A stretch of 63,452 nucleotides of DNA, counting the filler, from Lenisia limosa (lineage: Eukaryota > Protista > Breviatea), in the NCBI GenBank assembly GCA_001655205.1. It is 12 parts of 12 records of this genome, joined end to end, with 100 filler letters (N's around TTAATTAATTAA, not from the genome) between each part and the next. Parts side by side here need not be neighbours in the genome. Positions count along the whole stretch, not along the records: positions 1 to 17,386 come from LPNZ01011113.1; 11 more parts are not named here. One strand, given 5' to 3'. A model generated the notes under the pieces. It saw nothing but the letters and a program-made list of their open reading frames with translations. It ran no database searches and was not told the DNA's origin. The stretch's first letter is position 1, and the number at the start of each line of letters is the position of its first letter. Below, one piece after another: positions 1 through 13,119 of this stretch. The position numbers and the translations under genes were made by a program.

Positions 1-151
1 ATTATATCAGTTTAAATAATAGGCTTTAGTTTTGCTTCCTCTCTTTGATGATTAGGTAGAAAAGGGGTGAAAGGGAATTGAAAGAAGAAGAAAGATAAAC
101 TAAAGAAGTGGGACTGATTCTTGCCCAGGAGCTTAATCCTCGTTTTCAATC

Positions 152-3100
152 ATGGGTAAGAGATAAGTGTACAATAATTAATTACTTTGTAGGTAAAAAG
201 ACGAAATTTGGAAAGTCGCGTCTTGATAAAGTATGACCAATTCTCTTGAGCCTCTCCGTTTTACTTCTTTAGTTTTATCATCTTGCAAAAGATCAAGGAT
301 ATCGTTCTCGAGCATCTTTCAAACTTATTCAGCTTAATAGAAAATTTGACTTCCTTTCAAATGCCAAGGCTTGCCTTGATCTTTGTGCTGCTCCTGGTGG
401 ATGGTTTGTTTGTCTTCTGCAGATGTAACAATAATAGGCTTCAAGTTGCAGCCAAATATATGCCTCTTTCTTCTATTATCGTTGGAGTAGATCTCTTTGC
501 TATCAGGTCAGACTCCTCTTACAAAATAGGCCTTCTCTGACTCTCTAGGCCTATCAAGAATGTCATTACCCTCAAACAGGATATTACTACTATTCAATGT
601 CGCCAAGCTATTAAAAGAGAACTCAAAACATACAAAGTGGATGTGTAGGCAGCCCTTAGTCCACTTGACAGTCCAGCGTACTTCATGATGGTGCACCCAA
701 TGTTGGTTCCTCCTGGGCTAAGGATGCGTACGGACAAGCTGAATTGACTCTTCACTCACTCAAGCTTGGTGTTGAATTCATGAACAAAGGAGGTTTGTTA
801 CTTTTTGGATCTGACCTTTCAGCTTGGTTTGTGACTAAGGTTTTCCGTTCAAAAGATTACAATGCTTTGATTTGGGTGTTCACCCAGCTCTTCGAGAAGG
901 TCGAAGCAACCAAGCCTGCTGCCTCAAGGTCTGCTTAAATGTCATTCTTATAACCTTCTAGAAACACGTCAGCAGAAATCTTTGTTGTTTGCCGAGGATT
1001 CTTAGCGCCCAAGAAGTTGGACCCTCGTCTCCTGGACCCTAAGACTGTCTTCAGCGACGACATCCCCGTGCATGAGGCGATGTCCAACAAGAGAGTATGA
1101 TCAATAAGCCTTTTAATGTTTGTAGCACGGACGAAAGGAGAGACCGAACCAGCTTGGATATGCTGATGATGCTGGTGTTCTTCTCTCAACTCAAGGAACG
1201 GTCAGTGCCCTTCTTGATGCGTCCAAGCCTGATGAGTATCTCTCAAGTTTGTCTTGATAGTGTTCGTTTCTTTGACTCACCTTTCAGGTGTTCAAAACAT
1301 TTCCTTTGATGAGGGTGCCAAAGAGTGAGCAAAAGGCTTCTGATTGATCTCTTTCTGTTCTTTAAATTAGCTTCTCTATTTACTCTTGATGATCATATCT
1401 TTAGTCTGGAGCTTCATCCTTTGACTACTCCCGAACTTCTTACTTGTTTCAAAGATACCCAGGTGAGGGCTGCAGCTTCAAGAATAACCCAAACTATTCT
1501 TTGCTTTTTTTTCTCCCTCAAACGCCATCCATCCTTAATTGTTTCTCCTCACATTGAATTTGTATTTTGATTGTTCAGGTTCTTGGAAAGGGTGACTTTA
1601 AAACTATTATCAAATGGGTGAAGAAGGTGAAGAGGAGTTTCAAGAAGCTCCAGGACGAGAAACATGGTGGGCTTGGTGTCTCAAGGTGCAAGAGTTACCA
1701 CTATCCAAGGGATCACAAGAATTAGAGCTTCACTTCGTTTTCAAAAAAGACTGAATTTTTCTATAGTTATATTTTGTTTTTGTTTTTCAGAGTGAAGCCC
1801 AATTAATAACTGTCCAGGCGTGCCTGAAGGAGAGGAAAAGGCAGATGATGAGTCAGGAGACGAAGAAGTGGAGGACGGAGATGAAGATGAAGAGAAGAGT
1901 GCAGCTCCGCATAAAGAGGTTAGAGTTGATCTGATCGGCTCTAACTCTTTGTTTCCACTGGCACAATATTGATGTTTTCTGGAGACAGTTTAAATGTTTC
2001 AGGAAAAGTCTCTGAAGGGAGAACTGGATGATCTGTTGACCACTCGTGCTGCGGAGGCAAAGAAGAAGCGCAGGCGGATGCGTGAAAAATTGGCGCAACA
2101 ACAAAGAAGAATCGATATGAAACTGGTAGGCCTTCAATAGTAATCCAATTTTCCTTTCACTCCGTTCGAATTTATACTCCCTTTCCTTGTTGTAATCACA
2201 TTCCTAGGACAACCCTGGTGATGAAATTGTCACTGCTGATGATGAGATGCTTTTCAGTGCTCGTTTACTCAAATCTAAATCGGTAAGAGGAGGCAAAGTT
2301 TTTTTCTTCGTGATTATCGGTCTAATAAACATTTCTTTTGTTTTACAGGCCAGATGGCCGGTTCAAGATAGAAACTTATAGTTTAGGATATTGAGAAGGT
2401 CTTGTCTGAGGACGCAATGGCCCATGTTGAATTTGAGTGAGCTTTGGGTGGCGATATGAATGTTTCCAGTTTTTGAATTTGGTTTTACTTTTCTTGAATA
2501 CGGTGTTTTCTTGACTGTTTTAACTTTACAGTGAGGACAAGGAGCCATTGATGCCACAACGGGAGTTTGTTGATGACGTTTACATGAGTGATGATGAGAT
2601 TGAAAGGGAGCGTCAAGGTGACCTCGAAGACGAAATCGACGCTGCCTACACTGAGTACAAGAGTGTGTTGGGTTTTACTGTTTCTAAATTATTACATGAC
2701 TACTATTCTTCAACCACAATATTTCTTTGACATCTTCTAGTGTTGTGCAACTGTCTTTTCTTATAATCCAGACCGTACTATGGGAAGGCTTGAAAGACAG
2801 AAGGCTGAGAGAGAAAACAAGAAAATCAAGCCCAAGGAGTGAGTGGCAATTTAATATTTCTGCAAATCATGCGCAAACTGCTAAATCTTATCCTAAACAA
2901 TATCCAGCGAGCTGAAATCAATGAATGAAGTCTTCGAGGAGGAAATCGACAAAATTGAGCAGAAGGCACCAGCCCCACTTGTTGAAGAGCTGGAGCATCT
3001 TGAGCCCCAGGTTTCCGATGATCACCGAGTTTCAATGTTCTTCTCAAGAGAAGGCTTCGACGATTTGATCGAGGTAAGAGAGCGTCATTTTCTCCTTTTA

Positions 3101-4555
3101 CAGTAACTGTGTTTATTCACACTTTTTTTTTCTTGCATAATGTAGTTTTGAAATTGCAACATTACGTTTCCTCTCCATTTCACGAACCAGGATGAGGATC
3201 AAGCTTTGATTGATGGAGAAAATGACCAGGAGAAGAAGAAACCGCATTTGAAGCGCCCCGCCGCAGCCGAAGCGTCTGATGAAGATGATGACTCGGAGTC
3301 TGATAGTGATGATGACAACAGTGAATCTGAATCTGATGGCGAATATAACTATGTAAACGAAGGTATGTGGTTATAAGTAATTTCTTTTGGACTAATCATA
3401 TTAGAGGACCAGAGTGGCGACTTTGAAGTTGTTCCTGAGGAAGCCTATGACGATGAACGAAGGGATAATATTGACCCTAGACAACTTAGTCGTAAGCAGA
3501 GAGGCGAGGCTACAGTTTACAGCCCTTTTTCTGAAGTTTGTCCTTAAATGCGTAGAAACCCTGCAATTGGGAGTGCAAATCAATAAGAGCAAATCCGAGA
3601 GAAGGAAACTGGTTGATGACTCGTTCCACCGCTACTCGTTTTCCGATGTCAACGGCCCAGATTGGCTTCTTGACGACGAAAAAAGGTTCAACAAACTTCA
3701 AGTCCCTGTCACTCGTGATGTCATTGCTCAAGTCAAGGTGGGAGACTGTTCTGTCATCAAATTGTGTGCTGATTCCCCTTGCCCATAATTTAATGGCATT
3801 GCAGGCGAAGTTCCAGGACGTCAACGCGCGGCCCATCAAGAAGATTGCCGAGGCCAAGTTGAGGAAGCGTCAGAAGGTTGGTTGTTGGCCATGTTGTGTA
3901 TCAGGTAAATACTGAGAACTTTCGTATTACTCTGTAGGCGGCAAAGAAGAATGACAAATTGAAGAGAGAAGCGGAAAGTAGGACCCTCTCTCAACTGAAT
4001 CATATAAAAGGGATAGGAAAATTTGATAGATAACCCACTGTTTCTCCCAGTTACCTTTCCCTCATTTCTTATGGACAGGCATATTGTTTAATTGAAATCG
4101 TGCTTACGCTGTAGACATTGCGGCAAATGAAGATATGGATGTCAAATCTAAGAATCGCCAACTGGAACAGCTTCGTAGAAAGTTTGTGGGGTTTCTCAGG
4201 TTCTCAATTGTTCTGCTGTTATCAATATGGCAGAACGATATTTACTCATCATCTTCTGACCAGAATGAAGCCCAATACCAGCAATCCTCTTTTTTTACCT
4301 CACGTTCTCAGATCAGTGAAATCCATGTCTGGTAGACAGAAAAAGGAGGTAGTTGTTGCGAAGAAGTTCCAAGGAAAGTCTTCAGCAGGCAAGGGCAAGA
4401 AGGTAGGAATTGTGAAGGAAATTTTAGGTTTTCTAATATTCCAGCTTGTTGATAAGCGAATGAAGAAGGACTTGAGAGCGCAAAAGCGAATTGAAAAGAG
4501 AGACAAAGGAAAGAAAAAGCCCTCTTCAAGGAAAAAGAGGAAGGTGGATTTTTAG
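152..4555 (+). CDS. SPB1: SPB1/FTSJ3 pre-rRNA 2'-O-methyltransferase (multi-exon, short GT-AG introns)
   Basis: Manual splicing gives [39 protein letters not shown]...[13 protein letters not shown]...[10 protein letters not shown]...[19 protein letters not shown]...[17 protein letters not shown]-terminal Spb1_C-like [12 protein letters not shown]...[14 protein letters not shown]. Stop TAG at 4553-4555. Confidence 0.93.
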
Positions 4556-4662
4556 AGGTGATATTTTAATGCAATTGTTTATGGTATGATTTTTAAGCAA
4601 TGTTGTCAAAAATTAATTTTTTTTAAAAAAAGAGAAACCCATTCCAATAAATAGCAAACTAC

Positions 4663-6412
4663 CTACACCCGCGAGCCAAGTGTGACTTCTTCTTCTTCTT
4701 CTTCTAACTCGAAATAGCCTAGAGAATTAAAGGAAATTGAGCCAAGGCGCATCAGTTGTTTTATAGCTTACCATCTCCTGCCGGCTTCTTGACTGTAGGA
4801 GTGAAAAGCTGATACACATGCCTAAAGCGGTAAATTGACAATAGTGTTGAAGTAGTCAGCTCAGGTGCTGCCTCAAATGCCAATACCCCAAAAACTTCAT
4901 GTTCAAAAAGAACTTCAGATTTTTCCAAGGACCATGGTTATACTTCTAAAGTGTCAACCATTATGTCAAAAAAATAACGGTGACTTGATGATGAACAAGC
5001 CTACATTGGCACCCTTGGATTTGATATTCTCCAACGTTGTTTGATCTAAAACGTTACTGTTAGAACTACTACAGATGATTCTTTGACTATAGAAATATTG
5101 TGCAATTACTGATCACCTAGCGTACTTTCAAAAACCAAGTACAAATGCCATAAGAAGAAAAGCGCCATGAATCCTCCCATAATTCCAGTTATCATTCCGC
5201 AAAGAATGATTGATGAACGTGGACCATGTCGGTATGCGTCAGATTGCTGTCATGTTAGAGGCTGATGAAATGTCAACATAGTATCACGATGTGAAAGGAA
5301 AAGAGTTAAATGAAGGAAGTAACAATTTCATGAAAGATGGTGAGCTTACCCGATCAGTGAAAACGGAGTACGCAGGTGGGACAGATACCCATGCGTAAAT
5401 AGCTGATGTAACCACAATGAAGAAAAGGAAGAGCACAAAGTGAATGTGATTGTAGTGGCCAACGCAGTTGTTTATCCAGGGACTAAACAGTTTAGTAGAT
5501 TTCTTTCATTTAACCTTTGAAAAAAAATACCAATGAACACATTTACATCACAGAGCCCCTACCAATGGTGGTCATATTTGAGGATACACTTTTGACATAC
5601 TGAACAATGGTGCGCCCTGGGTGGTCGAAATATTTGACCTAGAGAGTGAGAAGCTAATTCAGGCTGATAATCAGCAGATATGTGACAAAATCAGTACATA
5701 TTATTACTGACATTTTCGACATAGTTTCCGGTATTCATATGTGACATCTTCAACTTCAGTGAACCTAAAATAGTTTAAGCTACAAAGGTGTGGGGTAGAG
5801 ATCTTTAGAAGAAAAACCTCTATCCAATATTAAGTTGAATAATAATTATGGTCTCTTTTGAATTTTATACAATAAGGCTTTATGGTCGGCCATAATAGGA
5901 GGAACCCACTCTGTAAGCAGAAACTCAATTCGCGGTATGCCAAATCACAAATATGGTATTTTAAAAAATAGTTTCGGTGTGTTACAATATACTCACTTTT
6001 CAGTCGGACTTCCAGGAGAAATGAAGACACAGCACATATGATGGAAGAGGATGAGGAAAGCGCAGTACAGTCCCGAGAGAAGAAAGACTGTAAACCAAAA
6101 TGGAGAGTCCGCATACTTGTACTCAAGCACATCTACATTATTAATTCTAATTTCACCTCAGAGAAATATTAAACAGTGGAGCAGAATTAAGTTGGCAAGC
6201 TGTCCAACTCACAATAGTAGCAATAGGAGATACCGCTGACAATGCTCCAGAGAACTAAGATGAAGAAGCCCCCAACAGCATTAGAGAAAAACTACAGGGG
6301 ATAAAATTCAAATTGGAATGAAGAAGAAGCCAACAGCCAAAAGAGAGTACTTTATTATTGTAGTAAAACAAAGACTCACTTTGATCAGCATTTGTATTGG
6401 TGAAAGTGCCAT
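4663..6412 (-). CDS. DHHC-type protein S-palmitoyltransferase (5' end may extend upstream to ~6700)
   Basis: Spliced minus strand gives [41 protein letters not shown], with flanking TM segments ([26 protein letters not shown]...; [17 protein letters not shown]...). Ends [17 protein letters not shown]. Confidence 0.88.
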
Positions 6413-7368
6413 TGTATTCTACAAGTGTCAAAAAATTCCGTGGTTGAAATTGAAAACGTTTTTTTTTTTGAGTAAACACACCTTTCCCTCCAGAATTTCA
6501 TCATCATATCTCAAAACTGACCTTTAGTTACACATACGGGGATTCGGTCACTCTGACCCTCGAGTCACACTTGAGGTGCTACAGGGTGTAACAAAGTGGC
6601 AGAAGTGGAAAAGAAAGTACAGAAGGGTGTAAAAAAGTGAGAAAAGGGGTATCAGAGTGGCAGAAGTGCACCTGTTGGGTATGAGAAGGCCTCTTCTCCA
6701 GTCGGCGTGTAGCCAGTGTAACTGATATCTATATTTCGTCTATATTCCCAGTTCTACAATAGGTCTGAGGAGAATGGTAGGTGAGAAGCAAGTGGGTGGG
6801 AAGTGGTGGAAACGGAAACTTGGACACCTCTGTCTTTTCCTTTGTCTTGGTGTCTTAACTCTGTCTTAATATTGTTTCTCTCTCCTACTAACTTTTCAAA
6901 AAAACTTGAGGTGGGGGCGAAAATGGAGTCGGTGGGCTGGCTTTGTATGGAGGCCTATCTATTCTGTCCATTTCCATTTCGGCATGTTTTCCCATCAAAC
7001 CACCTGTTGTACATGCTTTCCCTCCCCAGAAAATAAATCAATCAATACATAGCAGCTATCAAATGATTATGTTTGGATAAAACATAACAGCAATGGTCAT
7101 TTAGGGGTAGGCCTTGAGCATATACTCAAGTTACTTACTGAAAGAAAAACCTTTTATAAAACTCAAGCCTTCAACCAGGTTTGAGAAGGATCAAATTATA
7201 GCGATCCACTGTATCACTCAAGTACAGTGGACACACTGAGATTATTTCACACACAATGCCTTCAATTGTCAAATATATATAAAGATCACATCGAACACTC
7301 AAGAGTAAATAAAATGAGTTAAATATACATTGTTCTGGACTATACCTAATAATACATCAGAAAAGCGT

Positions 7369-8220
<852 letters not shown>

Positions 8221-8566
8221 TCTAAAAACTAGTAAAAATTTCAAAATTTCTTTCCCTTTAAATAAGTCAATTCACGTATTTTTTTGACTCAGCAAAAGAC
8301 TGTCCCTTACCTGATATAAATATATATAATATTGTTCAAATATTGTTGTAGGGGGTTGTTGTAGGTGTATTCTTCGCGTTTGTGTGAGGCTCTAGCAGTT
8401 GTTATCACCTTTTCATCACTTCCTACTTCTTCCAAATATGGTATGTTGTGAAGCTTCCTTTCTAGTTGCCTACTTTTGGGAGTTTGTACAAAGATCAGAT
8501 CTCTTCTTCTGTTTTTAGGTGTTTTCTTCATATTATTGTGATTTACAGCGAGACACTTGTGTGAAG

Positions 8567-11500
8567 ATGAGGTTGTTCCTTGTTCTCCTATTGGCATTTT
8601 TTGCGGCAGGTTTGTGAAGAGATGGAGCAACAAACTTACAATCTCAGCGGTTCCTGCCAGCTTTTACAGAATTGATGGAACCGGAAACAATGAAGTCAAT
8701 GAGGATTGGGGAAGCGAAGCCACTAAGCTGTTGCGATTTGCCGGGTATCACTTTGCAGATGGTAAGTTATGGTGCACTTGCTAATTGAAATTTAAAAATG
8801 AAGTTTCAAAACGATTCATCAATTTTCACATTTAAAGGAATTGGTGAAATTGACAACCGTGGGCGTCCCAACGAAAGAAAGATTTCCAATGTTCTTTGTG
8901 CTCAAAGTCAATCAAGGACAAACCACAAGGGACTTTCTGTAGGTGTTTCTTGTTATGTCTTGTCAGATTCTAAGAACCATGACTTTAAAGGACGCAGTAA
9001 TTATGTGGGGACAACTCATGGACCACACTTTGGATTTGACATCAACCAACCCCATGGAGCCAGTGGATATTGACATTCCTTCTGGTGACTTGCATTTTGT
9101 TTGTTGGGATCGTCCAAAGATGACTGATGAATAACTGACATTGTATTTTCGGCTTCTTTGCTCATTCGATATGTAGGACCCAAATTCAACCGGGATCAAG
9201 AAGATTGTCACCGAGCGTAGTGTAATCAGCGCCGGTACTGGAGTTAGCGGCAACCCTCGTGAACAGGAGAATGAGATCACCTCATTTCTGGACGGCTCTT
9301 TCCTCTATGGAAGGTTTGCATTATTAACCATCTCTCAGAAGCTGTTAACAGTTTAGTACGGATGCTAGATCTCTCAAACTTCGCTCTTTATCAGGTGGCA
9401 AATTGTTGAGCCAGGTGTGAATTGCATCCAACAATGTGATAAGAGATGATGTGTAGTACCTCACAAAGCAATAATATCGTAGATAACTGCTGTCAGTACC
9501 TCACAAAGCAATAATATCGTAGATAACTGCTGTCGGGGAGTTCCCCCCATTTAATACACTGGGAGTTGAAATGGCCAACCCCACAGGTTTGCATATTCTT
9601 TAAAATAATGAAGCTTATTAGCTTGTCAATATATGGTGTTACATATAATATTTATTCAAAGTCAAGTTTATTGTTTCTTGTTAACCCACCAGGCGTGCCT
9701 GACGAATCTCTCCTTGCTGCAGGTGATGTGAGAGCAAATGAACAACCAGTTCTCTTAAGTCTCCATACCCTCTGGGTAAGATTGTGGTATCTTTGTTACA
9801 ATGTTATCATTTCTTTATTCTAAGCTTGGTTTTGATTGCTTTTGTATAATATTATATGCAATACAATTACATGTACTATATGATATGTATATTATATGAA
9901 AAGGGACTTTGCCTCGAGTCACCAGGACGACACAGATACCTTCAACAACGCCATAAGGTTTATTGATGATATTCTCTTGATTGACCCTCATCATAGCCAT
10001 TTCTGCCAGATACATCTTTATTTTTTATTTCTCATTGCTATAATAATAGTATCTAATATCAATATCATATTGAAATGAGAAACTGAAACAAGGTTATTCT
10101 GGCCGAAGTCGTCTACACCAAGCTTTAGAGATATTGGATTAAATATAAAATATATTCACCATCACTCATTATTTTCCATTATTAACCCAATTACCATTTT
10201 AATAATTCGCACTTGGTAATCTTTTCACCTTTCATATCTGACACCCTGTGTAGTTTGACAGTGTAGGTGAGAGAACATAACAGAAAAGCTGCTGAACTTC
10301 AAGCTTCTCACCCTGGATGGACTGATGATGAGCTCTTTGCAGAGGCAAGAAGGTTGGTAACAAGGAGACCTTTTAGTAATCCTATCCAGATGGACAATTG
10401 CCCATACCCAGTCAATTACAACTGGCGAGTACCTGCCTCATCTTCTTGGCAACTACTACCGAACCAAATACAGCTATGATAAGAACATAAACCCTACCAT
10501 TTCTCAGGAGTTTGCACATGGTGCTTTCAGGTACGCAAATAATATACCATGTTCATCATTCCTGAGACTAATCACTCAATTCGTAGATTTGGTCATACCC
10601 AACTGAACAACCAAATTATGAGACTCAACGATCGTTACCAAACCGATGTTTACGGAAATCTGAACCTTTCTGATGGCTTCTTTGTTGGCTGGATTTCTTG
10701 ATCTTTGCTTGTTTTTAAAATAGAAGTACATCTACAGATATATCTATGCCATGTCCATGGAATACAGACAATTTTATCTTGTTTTTCTTTGATTTGTCAA
10801 GGACCCTTCAAAGGTGATGACAGAGGGAGGAATCGATCCTATTATGAGAGGTAAGAAGCAAATAGTTTTGAAATTGTGGATCCACATAAAACTGCCAAAA
10901 AGATTTGTGACCCTGTGAAATGATGACACAGGACTTTGTAGCCAGGCCCACCAAGCTGTTGACGTGTACAACGTGGGAGCTATCCGCAATCTTCTTTTTG
11001 GTACCACTGCCGGACTTGACTTGATAGCTCTTGACATCTTCAGGGCACGTGACCATGGTTTGAAATTTGTCTTTTATTTGTCATTTGACACTTGCAGGAA
11101 TTGGCAGCTACAACGAGGTTCGCGTGGCCTATGGCCTTCCTGCAGTTACTTCTTTCAAACAGATTACCACCGACGAGGAGGTTTGTAGGACAATATACTA
11201 GGTATGACCAGACCAGGTTTTTAATGAATGATAAATGTGAATGGGAAAACAAAAATCATGTCTCTAGATTTATACGCGCCTCCACGACCTCTATGGTGAT
11301 GTTGATAAGATTGATCTGTTCATTGGTGGTATTGCTGAGAAACCCAGCAATAACGCTATGATGGGCGAGGTGGGCTATTGGTACTTGGTCGTTTACTATT
11401 TCAGTGTCCTGTATTTCCCACTGGGCTTGGCTTTGTTTTAAAACCCTTAAGTAAAAGGGAACATATTGAAATATTGTGTTTTGGTGTAATTTCAAAAATT

Positions 11501-12044
11501 TGGTGCTTCATAAATTCAATTTCATCTCCTCCAGACTTTTGGTACAATTATTTCCGATCAATTCCATCGCATTCGAGATGGTGACAGATTTTGGTGAGTA
11601 ATTTTGTGGTAGAAGAGAAATAATCTTGCGATTTTTTTTTTTCTTCTTTTTAATAATCTTGCGATTTGACAATACAGGTTTGAGGGAAGCATGACCCCAT
11701 CGGAGATTATCGAGGTCAAGAGTGTGAAATTCAGCGACATCATCAAGAGAAATACCTATGTCACTTGCCTGCCCAAGGACATATTTGTTGTTCCACAGGT
11801 TTGCTGCTCCTACATCGTGTACAAATCTAACATTATAGGGAGGTCTTTACAAATACTGCCAAACAGATGGAAACTGTGACAAAGGATCTGGAGGCAACTG
11901 CTCTGGTCATTGCTCAGGTCATTTCGGGTGATGTAGATGGATTATTACCTTCAGTCTTGCATTCATTGTCTCACTTTTCTAGGTGGTGGCAGTGGCAACG
12001 TTGTGAACATCAACTTTGGTGGTGATATTGACGTTAAAAATTAG
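8567..12044 (+). CDS. Secreted animal-type heme peroxidase (peroxidase-cyclooxygenase superfamily)
   Basis: Signal peptide MRLFLVLLLAFFAAAVPA, then YRIDGTGNN, WGQLMDH (distal His), ITSFLDGSFLYG, GDVRANEQ, HTLWVREHN, AFRFGH (proximal His), DIFRARDHG, DQFHRIRDGDRFW. Confidence 0.92.
9455..9534 (+). repeat. Perfect 40-bp tandem duplication spanning an intron 3' splice site of the peroxidase gene
   Basis: AGTACCTCACAAAGCAATAATATCGTAGATAACTGCTGTC occurs twice head-to-tail (9455-9494, 9495-9534). Confidence 0.9.
9941..10003 (+). pseudogene. Possible decayed reverse-transcriptase fragment (Penelope-like) inside a peroxidase intron
   Basis: Translates FNNAIRFIDDILLIDPHHSHF, resembling the FNxTxRYIDDxLxxNNxxF context of Penelope-like RTs. 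Very short match. Confidence 0.35.
9995..10170. mobile_element. Repeat family 2: two copies (minus ~9995-10042; plus ~10069-10170) in a peroxidase intron
   Basis: TTTTATTTCTCATTGCTATA is the reverse complement of the family 5' end. AAGGTTATTCTGGCCGAAGTCGTCTACACCA matches the copy at 19007. Confidence 0.6.
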
Positions 12045-13119
12045 CCCTGTTATAGCTTCTATTTATGCAACAATGATACCAAGGATTTCATTTCATGAGC
12101 TTTCTCCTGGCTTTCTCCATTATTAGTGCCCAGTATCAACTTTGTGGCTGCTTTGTGGTGTCTGGTTGTTCTCAGAAGAGTCAATGAGGAGAATTATTTT
12201 AGGTATGGTGAACATTCATACGGGTGAGAAATAGACAATGTGAAACGCGGGGAGGGGGGGGGGACCGCCTTGGGATGTACTCCGTACTCCTCCAAGGTAT
12301 TAATAAATTGTTATTTTCTTTTAAAAACATTCCAAAAAATAATAATTAAATCACATTATATTGACTCCCTCAGGACCCCCTTGCTTTCGAGAGGTGAGAA
12401 CCAAGGTTATGAAAAAGGTGATCTCTATTTGGTGAAACTCCAATCTGATCGATGGGAGACGCTACCGCCTCTACTCTTTGTCTCCGACCATAATATTTAT
12501 CTTAAAAATCACATATTTATTTAGTTTCATAAAATAAAAGCCACACTGGTAAAATTTTGTGAAGGATTGGACCCAAAAAAACACCTGTGCAGGTCACAGC
12601 GTCAATAAGATTTCCTTTTGACCCCCCCAAGCAAACAAGTTTTTTTGTCTCAATCGAGGAGCGGGTGGCGGGGGAGACAAGGAGACACACAAGGGGAGAT
12701 TTGATGAAACAGCCACCACCACAGGTCCAAATAACTATACCCTTGACAAGCAAGTCTGAACAAGACAGTGAGTCAACAGTGAGTTCGATTAGAGTATTAT
12801 ATATAAGAGAGAATAATTGATCCATCGTATCGGTACCCCCCCCCCCCCNNNNNNNNNNNNNNNNNNNNNNNNNNNNNNNNNNNNNNNNNNNNNNNNNNNN
12901 NNNNNNNNNNNNNNNNNTCCAGACGGCTTGACCTCATAAATCAACCACACTGCAAAAAATTATTAAGGTTGTACAATAGCATACTATTCGTATTTGGAAA
13001 GCCACATTCTCATTCGGTTTTTTAACTGTCAGCTTTATCTCTGACTTAATATTGAAGATTTATCGATTGGGATTGGAAACGCCATATTTGAGGTTTTAAT
13101 GATCTTTAGGAGTTGGAGA

